Source: an uncultured Acidobacteriota bacterium
Lineage (GTDB): Bacteria; Acidobacteriota; JAQAZP01
DNA: 64,000 nucleotides
Direction of reading: 5' to 3'
Assembly: GCA_963836075.1 (NCBI GenBank)
Contig: CAWIIB010000009.1
Coordinates: 2,112,001 to 2,176,000, forward strand
Every line of letters starts with the position of its first letter. The first letter of the stretch is position 1. Made by a program: the position numbers and the translations under genes. Below are positions 1 through 9,513 of this stretch, piece after piece. The notes under the pieces are model-generated. The model made no database searches. It was not told the DNA's origin and saw nothing but the letters and a program-made list of their open reading frames with translations.

Positions 1-1381
1 TCTCCAGAAGCGAGCGCCAGGTGTATGCGCCGGTCAGTCGTTGCTGTCCCAGACGAGTGCCGGCCCAGGGCATGTCCGACGTGCAGTGCGTGGGCTGCAT
101 CGACGGGATCACCTGAAGGGCGGCGAACCTGGGCAGGTCTTGGGGGTGCAGGATCTGGGCATGCTCGATGCGTGGACGCAGCCGTTCCCTCTCTCCGGGG
201 CTGAGGACCTGCTCCACGGTGTCCAGAACGATCCGGTTCGCCCGGTCCCCGATGGCGTGGGTCGCCACCTGGAATCCGTGCCGCGTCGCTGCCCCGTAGA
301 GCCGCTGCAGCTCCTCCGGGGGCGTGAGCAGCAGGCCCCGGTTGTCTCCGTCGTCGCTGTATGGATCCAGCAGCGCCGCCCCCCGCGAACCGAGAGCGCC
401 GTCAGCGTATAGTTTGACACAGCGGACCACCAGGTGGTCGGCCATCTCCGTGTCCGGACCCCGTTCGAACCAGTGTTCCAGCAGGTCGGGCTCCGCGCCC
501 TCCAGCATGGCGTAGACCCGGATCGGCAGGGCCCCCTGCCCGGCGAGCCGCTGGTAGACCTCCAGTTGATCGGAGGTGACGCCGGCGTCGTGGACCGCGG
601 TCAGCCCCAGCCCGGCAAGATGCGCCGAGGCGGTGAGGATATGGCGTTCGATGGACTGGGGGGTCGACGCGGGGATCGCCTCGTTCACCAGGTCAATGGC
701 CCGGTCCAGCAGCAGTCCGGTGGGAACTCCGGTGTCGGGGTTGCGGAAGATTCTCCCTCCCTCCGGATCGGGCGTCTCCGGCCCGATGCCTGCGGCGGCC
801 AGGGCGGCGTCATTGACCAGGGCCGCATGGCCGTCGATGCGTCTGAGGCAGACCGGGGTCTCCGGCGCCAGGCGGTTCAGCGCGCGGTTGTCGGGAAACC
901 GTTTCTCCTGCCAGTCGTTCTGGTCCCATCCCCGCCCGAGGACCCAGCCGTTGGCGGAGCGGTCTTCCAGCCAGTGGGCGGTTTTCTCCACGACCTCTTC
1001 GAAACTGGTGGTCCCGGTGAGATCGAGGCTGGAGAGATTCGCGCCAACGGAAACCAGGTGCAGGTGGGCGTCGGTCAGCCCCGGGGTAACCGTGGCCCCC
1101 TGCAGATCTTCCACCCGGGTCTGCGGTCCCGCGAGGGGCATGACGTCCTGGCCGCGGCCAACGGCAATGATTCCGCCGTCACGTATGGCCAGGGCCTCGG
1201 CCACCGGCCGCCCTTCGGACATGGTCAGAATCTGTCCGTTGGTCAGGATCAGGTCGGCGTAGGCCATCTCCGGTTTTTTAGCGCAATGGCACAGGGTGAA
1301 GAGGCCGGTCAGCAGGCAGGCCAGGAGCAGCGCCGGGGTTGTGAATCTGACAACATTCCTGAGAAAACCGATGAGGTTCAT
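1..1381 (-). CDS. Amidohydrolase family 3 (YtcJ-like) protein, exported or lipoprotein; 3' end runs off the window start
   Basis: Not in the ORF track. Manual translation from ATG at 1381 gives MNLIGFLRNV...LCHCAKKPEMAYADLILTNGQILTM...AEALAIRDG...DLQGATVTPGLTDAHLHL, and later RIDGHAALVN. The DxHxH metal motif and these blocks are typical of YtcJ-like amidohydrolases. Confidence 0.85.
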   Translation of the reverse strand, partial: MNLIGFLRNVVRFTTPALLLACLLTGLFTLCHCAKKPEMAYADLILTNGQILTMSEGRPVAEALAIRDGGIIAVGRGQDVMPLAGPQTRVEDLQGATVTPGLTDAHLHLVSVGANLSSLDLTGTTSFEEVVEKTAHWLEDRSANGWVLGRGWDQNDWQEKRFPDNRALNRLAPETPVCLRRIDGHAALVNDAALAAAGIGPETPDPEGGRIFRNPDTGVPTGLLLDRAIDLVNEAIPASTPQSIERHILTASAHLAGLGLTAVHDAGVTSDQLEVYQRLAGQGALPIRVYAMLEGAEPDLLEHWFERGPDTEMADHLVVRCVKLYADGALGSRGAALLDPYSDDGDNRGLLLTPPEELQRLYGAATRHGFQVATHAIGDRANRIVLDTVEQVLSPGERERLRPRIEHAQILHPQDLPRFAALQVIPSMQPTHCTSDMPWAGTRLGQQRLTGAYTWRSLLE

Positions 1382-1580
1382 GGTCGTGGCACCGTTGGGT
1401 ATCTGTAGTGACCGGTTGTTCGAAAAACGAGAGTACTATCCAATTTTACTCCGAAGCGCCTCTGCCGGGCAACGACGGCGCCGGGGCTCCGGCTCGATGC
1501 GGTCTTGAACCGGCGCGTCCAAACACGATATGGTGACCGGTGACCGGCGGTCATCCGCCACACCCGATACGGTACACCCC

Positions 1581-3233
1581 ATGCATTCCGCTTCGACCGA
1601 TGCGAACAGTAGATCCCGCGGCGCGCTGCTGCCGGTCTCCAGCCTCGCCCTGCTGGTGGCGGCGGTCTATCTGGCCTTTCCGGCCCGGCTCTATTTTGGT
1701 GAGGGGTTCAAGTGGGCCCTCAGCGAGCCGTCCTGCACCGGGGGACTGTTCCGCTTCTTCCACCCGCACCACCTGCTTTACAACCCCCTGGGCTATCTGG
1801 TGCACCAGGTGCTGGTCCTGGTGCGTCCCGGGTTGTCGCCGATGATCTCCTTCCGTCTGCTGGATACCGTCGCCGGCCTCGGCGGCGTGGTTGTTTTTCA
1901 CTGCCTGGTCCGCCGTCTCTGGCGGCGTGAGTGGCTGGCCGGCTTCACTGCTGCCGGGTTCGCCTTCTCCTGGGGCTACTGGTCGCACTGCGTCAATGTG
2001 GAAGTCTATCCGGTGAGCGTCTTGTTCCTCGTCCTCGGATTTTCCCTGGCGGCGCGAGCGGTGCGGGAACCCGCAGCCGGGTCCCGGGTGTGGGCCCTGC
2101 TGGGGCTTGTGGCCGGTGGGGCTGTGCTGTTCCACCAGAGCAATGTGCTCTTCCTCGCCGTTCCCCTGGCCGCGGTGTTCTGGTACCCGGCGGGTCGGCG
2201 GGCCGGGTTCCGGCTCTTCTGGCGGTTCTTCCTCCCGGCCTATGCGGCGGTAACCATCCTGCCCTACCTGGCGGTGATGCTGCACCTCGGGTTTCGGGCG
2301 CCGGGTGAAGCCCTGACCTGGCTTTTTCTTTACGGGCACCAGGCGGACACCTATCTGGGCACCGATGCGTCGGTGGTGGTTCACGCGCTGGTTTCCTTCG
2401 GCCGGATGCTCCTGCTCCCCTCCTCCTACACCGCGGCATCCGCCGACCCGCTGGTGCCGCCGCCGCTTCTCCTGACGCTCAAGTGGTGCGCGGCCCTGTT
2501 GCTCGGTCTCCTGATGCTGGCTGCCGCACTGCGCCCGCGGCAGCTCTTCCGCAGCTGCGGCCCCAGTCTGGTGCTGGCCGCGGCGCTTGCTGTTCCCTAC
2601 GCACTCTTTTTTACCTTCTGGGATCCCGGCGGCTATTTCTTCTGGCTTCCCCTTGGTATTCCGTTCTGGCTGGTGGCCGGAGGCGCCGCGGCCTCGCTGT
2701 CCCCGGGAACGCCGGCTCGTGCCGCTGTTCCGGTTCTGGGTCTGGCCGTGCTGGCCCTGTTCACCCTCAACCTGGCCGGCGGCGTGCTGCCGCAGAGCCG
2801 GCTCTCCCGGGTGGCCGACCACCGGCTGATGCAGCTGGTCACCCGGCACCTGGGCCAAGGGGACCTGCTGCTGCTCAACACGCCGCGGATGGATGTGATA
2901 TCAAACTTCGGCGGGCCGATGTTTTACGGGTACGCCCGTGCCTTTTCCCGGTTCCAGGTGCAGTGCCTCCTTCCCGGTCTGGACGCCCCGGGGCCGGAAG
3001 CGGCGCTGCGGGAGATGGTGGCCGCCGGCAGCCAAACCAGCACGGGCCTCTGGTATCTTGACGAGGTCCTTAAAGGACAGAGCACTCATGGCGGCCGGGG
3101 AGGAAGGATCCGGGAAGCATTTCGGCGCTGGGGCGTGCGGGCCGTGCTGGCCGAAGCTCATGGCGCGGGAGACGCCTACAACGGTTCCCTCCTCTATCGC
3201 CTGGTCCCTGACCCGCCGGCCGAGTCCCCCTGA
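1581..3233 (+). CDS. Polytopic membrane protein, GT-C fold / DUF2723-like putative glycosyltransferase
   Basis: About 10-12 hydrophobic segments; HPHHLLY and YWSHCVNVEVYP motifs (the EVY resembles DUF2723/TMEM260-type proteins). ATG at 1581 chosen over 1530. Confidence 0.55.
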   Translation: MHSASTDANSRSRGALLPVSSLALLVAAVYLAFPARLYFGEGFKWALSEPSCTGGLFRFFHPHHLLYNPLGYLVHQVLVLVRPGLSPMISFRLLDTVAGLGGVVVFHCLVRRLWRREWLAGFTAAGFAFSWGYWSHCVNVEVYPVSVLFLVLGFSLAARAVREPAAGSRVWALLGLVAGGAVLFHQSNVLFLAVPLAAVFWYPAGRRAGFRLFWRFFLPAYAAVTILPYLAVMLHLGFRAPGEALTWLFLYGHQADTYLGTDASVVVHALVSFGRMLLLPSSYTAASADPLVPPPLLLTLKWCAALLLGLLMLAAALRPRQLFRSCGPSLVLAAALAVPYALFFTFWDPGGYFFWLPLGIPFWLVAGGAAASLSPGTPARAAVPVLGLAVLALFTLNLAGGVLPQSRLSRVADHRLMQLVTRHLGQGDLLLLNTPRMDVISNFGGPMFYGYARAFSRFQVQCLLPGLDAPGPEAALREMVAAGSQTSTGLWYLDEVLKGQSTHGGRGGRIREAFRRWGVRAVLAEAHGAGDAYNGSLLYRLVPDPPAESP

Positions 3234-3258
3234 CCGTCCTGCCCTCCCTGTTGCGTAC

Positions 3259-3267
3259 TGCTATAAT
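3259..3267 (+). promoter_or_regulatory. Extended -10 sigma70 promoter for the TlpA gene
   Basis: TGcTATAAT, about 80 nt upstream of ATG 3345. Confidence 0.55.
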
Positions 3268-3344
3268 AGGAGTTCAGTGTAGTTGACCGGGGCCGCGGCC
3301 GGCCCGGTGGGACAATTGGTATTCACGGGAAAAAAGGAAGATTC

Positions 3345-3941
3345 ATGCGATTCATCAGCAAGAACACGATGTCCCCGGCACCTTTCCGGATACTTCTGAT
3401 CGCGCTCCTCGGGGCGATGGTGCTCGCCTGTGGCGCGACCCCTTCCGGCGCCGACGACGCGGCCCTGAAGGCCGAGACTCCCGCGGTGGGGACGGCCGTG
3501 GGCAACCTGGCTCCCGATTTCACGGCCAGCAATTTCCATGGCGGTACGGTCAACCTTGCCGACTACCGGGGCAAGGTCGTGCTGCTCGATTTCTGGGCCT
3601 CGTGGTGCGGACCCTGCATGCGGGAGATGCCGACCCTCGTCGAGATCAAGAACCGCTACCCCGCGGACAAGTTCGTGATCATTGGGGTGAGCCTCGACAT
3701 GGACAAATCCAAGGCTCGGATGAAGCAGGTGATCGCCGACAACAAACTCGATTACCCGATTCCTTACGACGGCAAGGGCTGGCGCAATGCGGTCTCGTCG
3801 CTCTACGGCGTGAGATCGATCCCGGCCACCTTCATCCTCGACGCGGACGGGGTCATCGTGGACCGCAACAAGCGGGGCCGGGAACTGATCCAGCTGCTGG
3901 ACAAACTGGTGCCCGTAAAAAAGGTGCCCGCAAAACAATAA
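3345..3941 (+). CDS. TlpA/ResA-family thiol-disulfide oxidoreductase, probable lipoprotein
   Basis: APDF...GKVVLLDFWASWCGPCMREMP (CxxC), GVSLD and YGVRSIPATFILD motifs; N-terminal hydrophobic stretch ending VLAC. Confidence 0.9.
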   Translation: MRFISKNTMSPAPFRILLIALLGAMVLACGATPSGADDAALKAETPAVGTAVGNLAPDFTASNFHGGTVNLADYRGKVVLLDFWASWCGPCMREMPTLVEIKNRYPADKFVIIGVSLDMDKSKARMKQVIADNKLDYPIPYDGKGWRNAVSSLYGVRSIPATFILDADGVIVDRNKRGRELIQLLDKLVPVKKVPAKQ

Positions 3942-4085
3942 CGGCCCACGGGTCGGCCCCCGGGCATACCAGGGGGCCGTACACAACTCCGGGGACTGTG
4001 CTTGCGGGTTTGTTGCGCAGGCCGTGGAGGGCTGGTCTATTTCGCGGTCGCAATCGGCCCCCGCTGAGGGGGCCTGGGGGCGGGG

Positions 4086-4352
4086 CTAGAGGTTCTTGAT
4101 CTCCTTGCCCGGTTTGAAGCGGACCTTTTTTCCGGGAGCGATGGGGACGATCTCGCCGGTGCGGGGATTTCTGCCGATCCCTGTTTTCCTCGACTTGACT
4201 TCGAACACACCAAAGCCGCGCAGTTCGATCCTTTCACCGTCTTTCAACGCGTTTTTCATCGTGCTGAAAATTGTCTCCACGGCGATTTCCGCCCGGCCCT
4301 TGGAAATGTCGGCGACCTTGGCTACTTCATTGATGATATCGATTTTGATCAT
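4086..4352 (-). CDS. hup: HU/IHF family DNA-binding protein
   Basis: 88 aa, MIKIDIINEVAK...IELRGFGVFEVKSRKTGIGRNPRTGEIVPIAPGKKVRFKPGK. Start at ATG 4352 after an AG-rich RBS. Confidence 0.9.
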   Translation of the reverse strand: MIKIDIINEVAKVADISKGRAEIAVETIFSTMKNALKDGERIELRGFGVFEVKSRKTGIGRNPRTGEIVPIAPGKKVRFKPGKEIKNL

Positions 4353-4475
4353 TCGGCCTTTCTCCTTTTTCTCCTCCACCGTACCGAAGCGTGCCCGAAC
4401 CGCCCGTTCCTTGTCGTGGGGTTGTGGGTAGCGGGTCAACTTTTGCCCGGGATCGTTCTGGTCCGATTAACCTGC

Positions 4476-4504
4476 ATTATATCTATCTGTTAGTTGGAAG
4501 GCAA
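4476..4504 (-). promoter_or_regulatory. Sigma70 promoter for the HU gene
   Basis: Minus strand TTGCCT-N17-TATAAT. Confidence 0.65.
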
Positions 4505-4713
4505 GGCGGGAAGAAAAAAGTTTGTGCCGCTTCGCGGGCGCCATTCCCCGAGTTCCCCGGGCTGTGATATCATTGTCCCCCCTACCCGGGCGTCCCGCGG
4601 GCGGTTCCGGGTGATTGTAAACACACAGCCCCCGGGGCCCGGATCGCCGGTCCGCCCATTGGTCGCGGCCGTTCCCGCCGAGTTCCAGGCAAACCATAGA
4701 AGAGCATCAGCGC

Positions 4714-6234
4714 GTGATTAACAAGAACGTCGATTTCATTTACCTCCACCCCTACCATGGCGACAACATCGAGGCCCACAAGATGTATTCCCTGATCCCG
4801 GTGGGTGCGGTGGCCATTGTCAACCACCTGCTGGACAGCGGATTGACCGGCCGGGGGCTCAACGTGCCCCTGGAGCTGCGCAAGGACGACGAGTTCGATC
4901 CCCGGCCCTGGATCGAGGCGCACCAGTTCTCAATCGCGCTGATCGACATCAACTGGTATCTGCACCTGGCCGGCGGCCTGGACCTTGCCGCCCTGGTCAA
5001 GGAGGTCCGGCCCGGGGCCACCGTACTGGTGGGCGGGCTCACCGCCACCCGGTTTGCCGATGAGATCCTCACCCGTTTCCCGGCGGTGGATGCCGTCTGC
5101 CGCGGGGACGGGGAAGTGCCGGCGCAGATGCTGGCCGAGAAATGTGCCGGCCGGGCGGAGCATCCCATGGAGGAGATCCCCAACATCGTCTGGCGCGGCG
5201 AGGATGGGATCCGGCACAATCCGCAGTCCTATGTGGACCGGGAGATGGATCGCTGGAATTACCGTGACCTGGGGTTCCTGGAGAGCGAAAAGGACTATTA
5301 CTACAACTCGATTCTCAAGTGGGCCGACCTGGCCACCCACTGGCTGGCCCTGGGCCGGGGGTGTCGCTTTGCCTGCTACCACTGCGACGGATCGAGCCAG
5401 GCCCAGAAAAAACTGTTCGGCCGGGCCGGGCTGATGGTCCGCGACCCGGAACTGGTGGCCCGGGACATCGAGATTCTGGCCGGGCGGGGCATCGAGAACG
5501 TCAGCTTCACCCACGACCTGGTGCACATCGGGGAGGACTACTGGCGCGCCCTCTTTGCCGCTGTGCGGTCCTCCGGCGTGCGGATCGGCGCCATGCAGCC
5601 GTTCTGGCAATCCCTGCCCAGCGAGGATTTTGCCCGGGAGTTTTCCGAGACCTTCGTGATGAAGAACTCCTATGTCAACGTCTCCATCGAGACCGCGGTG
5701 GAGGAGATGCGCCGGCACATCCACAACTGCACCTTTTACAGCAACGAGGAATTTTTCGAGGGGCTGCGGTTGCTCAAGCAGCACGGTGTTCCGATCATGG
5801 TCTACTTCCGGCTCAACGCGCCGTGGGAGTCGGCTCGCACCATGGAGGTGAATATCAAGTGTGCGGCGGAGGTCTTCCGCCTGTTCCCCGAAGACGTGCC
5901 GCCGATCTTTGTCAGCGACGTGCCGCTGGACCCCAGTTCGCCATACTCCCACGCCGCGGAGACTGCGGAGTCGCGTTTTTCCTTCAGTTTCCCCAAGCTG
6001 GGCTTCGATGACTACTACCAGTTCTCCCGGGGAATGATCCCGGCGGAGAAGGTGTTCGCCAGCCCCGGCGGGCCGGGAATCGAGATGAGGGACTACCACG
6101 AGTTCGATCACCTGGGCAAGCTCGACGTGCTCTTCGTCAAGAAGCTGGTCCCACGGATGTGGGGGCGCTGGGAAGAATTGATGCTCAGTGACGGCAAGAG
6201 CTGGGACGCCATCCGCAGCGGGGTGGTGGTATGA
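4714..6234 (+). CDS. B12-binding-domain radical SAM protein (class B-like)
   Basis: N-terminal cobalamin-binding Rossmann features (VLVGGLTAT, DAVCRGDGE); GRGCRFACYHC gives CxxxCxxC; stop overlaps the next ATG (ATGA). Confidence 0.85.
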   Translation: MINKNVDFIYLHPYHGDNIEAHKMYSLIPVGAVAIVNHLLDSGLTGRGLNVPLELRKDDEFDPRPWIEAHQFSIALIDINWYLHLAGGLDLAALVKEVRPGATVLVGGLTATRFADEILTRFPAVDAVCRGDGEVPAQMLAEKCAGRAEHPMEEIPNIVWRGEDGIRHNPQSYVDREMDRWNYRDLGFLESEKDYYYNSILKWADLATHWLALGRGCRFACYHCDGSSQAQKKLFGRAGLMVRDPELVARDIEILAGRGIENVSFTHDLVHIGEDYWRALFAAVRSSGVRIGAMQPFWQSLPSEDFAREFSETFVMKNSYVNVSIETAVEEMRRHIHNCTFYSNEEFFEGLRLLKQHGVPIMVYFRLNAPWESARTMEVNIKCAAEVFRLFPEDVPPIFVSDVPLDPSSPYSHAAETAESRFSFSFPKLGFDDYYQFSRGMIPAEKVFASPGGPGIEMRDYHEFDHLGKLDVLFVKKLVPRMWGRWEELMLSDGKSWDAIRSGVVV

Positions 6235-8390
6235 AAACCTATCTCGTGTTTCCGCCCCACTGGACGGCCACCGAACCGTACCTCAGCTGCCCCGCCCTCA
6301 CCGCGTTCCTGCGGGCGCACGGCCAGGAGGTCCGCCAGCAGGACGCCAACGTGGAGTTCTTCCGCTATCTGCTCTCCGAACCCTATCTGCGCCGGGCTCG
6401 CGACGAAGTGCAACATCGGTTCAGGCTTCTGGAGGCCAGGGACGAGCTGACTATCGAAGAGCAGGACCGCTACCAGGTCTACACCCAGGCGCTCCTCCCG
6501 GCGGACACCGCAGTGGAGAACATCGAGGGGAGTCTGGAGGACTATCGTGACCCGGAGAAATTTTTCAACCTCAACGATTACTACCGCGCAGGGCGGATCC
6601 ATTTCGCCGCTCTGAAGCTGGCTTCCGCGCTGTACCATCCCAGTTCGGTCACCTTCTCCGAATACAACAGCCGCTACCGCTACGCCAGCACCCGCGAGAT
6701 CCTCCAGGCGGTGGAGGACCGCGGAGAGAACATGTTCATCGAGTTCTTCGAGGAGCAGGTGGTGCCGAAGATCGAGGCCTACGGCCCGGGAATTCTCGGT
6801 CTGTCCATCAGTTCCCCGCACCAGATCATTCCGGCATTCACCCTGGCCTCCCTGGCCCGCAAGCGCATGCCTGGCCTGCACATCGTGGTGGGGGGCGGCT
6901 ACTACACCAGGATGCTCATCGATCCCCAGCGAATGGCGCCGTTGTTCGACCTGCTGGACAGCGTCGTGGTCTACGAGGGTGAAACCGCGTTGCTCCGACT
7001 GGCCGAGGAACTGGACGGCGGGGGCCGGCTGGACAGGGTGCCCAACCTGGTCTGGCGCGATGGTGGAGACGTGCGGGTCAACCAGCCGTTCCATCACGAA
7101 CGGGTCGACGAGCTGCCCACCCCCACCTTCGACGGGTTTCCGCTGGAGAAGTATCTGAACCACCAGGTGGTCATCCCCTATCTCACCTCCCGGGGCTGTT
7201 ACTGGGGCAAGTGCGCGTTCTGCACCAGCTTCGAGACATATAAGGGCGGTTACCGCCAGCGAAACATCGACCTGGTGCTGGAGGACCTGAAGACGCTCTC
7301 CACGGAGTGCGGATCGAACAGCTTTTTCTTTGTGGACCAGGCCACCTCCCCCGCATCCCTCCGGCGAATCTCCCAGGGGCTGATCGATTCCGGCGCCGAG
7401 TACCACTGGCAGACCGAGGCCCGCTTCGAACGCAAACTGGACCTTCCGCTACTCCGGCTGATGCACCGCTCCGGCTGCCGCAAGCTGCTCTTCGGCCTCG
7501 AGTCGGGGCACCAGCGGGTGCTTGACCTGATGGAGAAGGGGACCCGTCTGGAGGACACACGGCGTATTCTCGAGGACTGCCAGAAAGCCCATATCGGTAT
7601 CCACGTCTTTCTCATCTGCGGTTTCCCCACCGAGACCGTGGAGGAGGCGGACGCCAGCGTCGAGTTCATCCTCGGGGTGGAGGGTCTGACCTCATCTCCC
7701 GGTTTCACCTACCACGTGCACAACTTCGGTCTGGAGACCGATTCAAAGGTGGGAATGAACCCGGAGCGCTACGGGGTGACGCTGCAGCCGATGGAGGAGG
7801 ACCTGGACCAGTTCCTGCACTACATCGGCTACCAGGTGGAGCAAGGCATGCCCCCGGAAGCCCTGGAACACAAGGTGGCCGAGATGCGCGGCAGGATTCT
7901 CCAACGGGTGGCCTTCAAGGACTATCCGGTCCACGGGCCGCACAACCTGCTCTACCTGGCGCATTACGGGTGGGCGTTCCCCGAGCCATTGGAGAACGTG
8001 GCCCAGTTCAAGGACCTCCCGTTCCAGAAGCTCCTCGGTTTTGTTCCGGTGCTGGCCGACGAGGTGACGGTGAAGGAGTTCAAGTTCTACGTGCCCGAAG
8101 AGGAGGGGGTGCCGTCACCCCTCCCCGGCGGTGGTGAGGGGAGTGCCCCGGCGGAGCGGAAGCTGATCCATGTGGGCGGCCACTTCTACTGCTATATCGG
8201 CCGCACCGAGCGGAGCTGGCTGATCAGCCCCCGGGGCAAGACCCTTCTCGACCTCACCGACGGCACACGGACGGTGGAGCAGGTCTGTACCCTGTTCGAG
8301 CAGCAGCAGCCGTCCAAAACCGCATTCATCCAGGCCGCCGGGGACATGCGTGTCTTCTTCCAGCGCGGCGCCCTGACCGTCGCCGGTTAA
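6231..8390 (+). CDS. B12-binding radical SAM protein with C-terminal RRE/PqqD-like domain (putative RiPP C-methyltransferase)
   Basis: IVVGGG...VVYEGE B12 domain; TSRGCYWGKCAFC (Cx4Cx2C); FGLESG and ICGFPTET barrel motifs; the C-terminal ...GKTLLDLTDGTRTVEQVC... resembles PqqD. Confidence 0.85.
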   Translation: MKTYLVFPPHWTATEPYLSCPALTAFLRAHGQEVRQQDANVEFFRYLLSEPYLRRARDEVQHRFRLLEARDELTIEEQDRYQVYTQALLPADTAVENIEGSLEDYRDPEKFFNLNDYYRAGRIHFAALKLASALYHPSSVTFSEYNSRYRYASTREILQAVEDRGENMFIEFFEEQVVPKIEAYGPGILGLSISSPHQIIPAFTLASLARKRMPGLHIVVGGGYYTRMLIDPQRMAPLFDLLDSVVVYEGETALLRLAEELDGGGRLDRVPNLVWRDGGDVRVNQPFHHERVDELPTPTFDGFPLEKYLNHQVVIPYLTSRGCYWGKCAFCTSFETYKGGYRQRNIDLVLEDLKTLSTECGSNSFFFVDQATSPASLRRISQGLIDSGAEYHWQTEARFERKLDLPLLRLMHRSGCRKLLFGLESGHQRVLDLMEKGTRLEDTRRILEDCQKAHIGIHVFLICGFPTETVEEADASVEFILGVEGLTSSPGFTYHVHNFGLETDSKVGMNPERYGVTLQPMEEDLDQFLHYIGYQVEQGMPPEALEHKVAEMRGRILQRVAFKDYPVHGPHNLLYLAHYGWAFPEPLENVAQFKDLPFQKLLGFVPVLADEVTVKEFKFYVPEEEGVPSPLPGGGEGSAPAERKLIHVGGHFYCYIGRTERSWLISPRGKTLLDLTDGTRTVEQVCTLFEQQQPSKTAFIQAAGDMRVFFQRGALTVAG

Positions 8391-8438
8391 ACCAGAAGAG
8401 GACCCTCCTCTGCTCCAGTCCCGCCCGTGTGTATGTAC

Positions 8439-8473
8439 AAAAAAAGACCTCTTCACTGGGGGAGGAAGAGGTC
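8439..8473 (-). terminator. Intrinsic terminator ending the precursor transcript(s)
   Basis: 9-bp stem GACCTCTTC/GAAGAGGTC with a T7 tract following on the minus strand (A7 at 8439-8445); lies between convergent genes. Confidence 0.75.
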
Positions 8474-8665
8474 ATCTCTTAGCTAGCCAGATTTTTTAGC
8501 GATTGAAAAGAGGCGTTATCGTTTTAACGTGAATTTGAACAGCTTTCAACAGGAACAGGAACTCGCAGCTTTTCGCCTCTTGAGGGTATGGAAATTCAAA
8601 CCGCTCTTCGGGGATTGCGAAGTCTTGGCGAAATTTCAAATACCCGAATTTTACTCAAGCCATCC

Positions 8666-8932
8666 TTAGGAGGCGAGAGTTACCCAGTTGCCGCACAGGC
8701 CGGCGTACCAGTAAGACTGGGACGTTCCGCCAGGGCCGAAGCCGACGCCAGCCTGACCGGGGCTCACACTGGAGCTGGCACCAAAACCAGCACCAAGGTG
8801 ACCGGTGAAGGTGTCATAGGCGCTCGCCATGTGGTGAGAGCCAGCCGGAGGACTGGCAGTCTTACCACATGCCAGGGCCGAAGTCTCAAAGCTCTTCTCA
8901 GTGAAAATAGTGGGCTTGGAATACTTCTTCAA
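8666..8932 (-). CDS. RiPP precursor peptide A3 (88 aa)
   Basis: MKKYSKPTIFTEKSFETSALACGKT...YDTFTGH...AGVGFGPGGTSQSYWYAGLCGNWVTLAS; TTG start after strong RBS GGAGGAGGTG; paralog of the two upstream peptides. Confidence 0.9.
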   Translation of the reverse strand: MKKYSKPTIFTEKSFETSALACGKTASPPAGSHHMASAYDTFTGHLGAGFGASSSVSPGQAGVGFGPGGTSQSYWYAGLCGNWVTLAS

Positions 8933-9132
8933 TCTGTTTCACCTCCTCCCGTTTTGGAATCTCCCTCTCGGGTTAAACCCAAGGGTCTTTAATGCCGAAA
9001 CGAACAAAACCCCGCAGTGATCGATTCATGTGTCTATCAGTTAACCACTGCGTTCCGGCAAACTTTAAACTGCGTTACTTCCCTTGTTCGCCGTGGGGCC
9101 GGCCGCAACCGGATCACCGCACTGGCTGACCG

Positions 9133-9167
9133 AAAAACAACCCGAACATCGTCACATGCGGGGCTGC
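9133..9167 (-). terminator. Possible weak terminator or stabilising hairpin after precursor A2
   Basis: Imperfect stem (GCAGCCCCGCAT...ATGTTCGGGTTGT) followed by TTTT on the minus strand. Confidence 0.35.
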
Positions 9168-9182
9168 CCGATCATCGGTTGA

Positions 9183-9443
9183 TCAGGACGACATCTGAAC
9201 CCAGTTGCTGCACAGCCCGGCATAGTTGTAACTGCCGCTGGTGCCGCCGGGGCCGAAGCCCACGCCCGCGGAACCGCTGGCTGACTCTGTCCGGCCTGGT
9301 CCGAAGTGACCGGTAAAGGTGTCATACGCACTTGCGAAATGGCGCGAACCTGGATCGGCGGCGCTGGTCTTGCCGCAGGCCAGCGCTGATGTCTCAAAGG
9401 TCTGTTCCGTCTGGATAACCGGCTTGCCGTAAGGAAGTCTCAT
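9183..9443 (-). CDS. RiPP precursor peptide A2 (86 aa)
   Basis: MRLPYGKPVIQTEQTFETSALACGKT...YDTFTGH...AGVGFGPGGTSGSYNYAGLCSNWVQMSS; ATG 9443 after GGAGGT. The track ORF 9183..9713 is over-extended. Confidence 0.9.
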   Translation of the reverse strand: MRLPYGKPVIQTEQTFETSALACGKTSAADPGSRHFASAYDTFTGHFGPGRTESASGSAGVGFGPGGTSGSYNYAGLCSNWVQMSS

Positions 9444-9513
9444 AATTACCTCCAGAGAACCGACCAGCCGGTTCAGGGTGTGCCCCCGATGTGGCCGGTT
9501 CACTTCGGAACAA

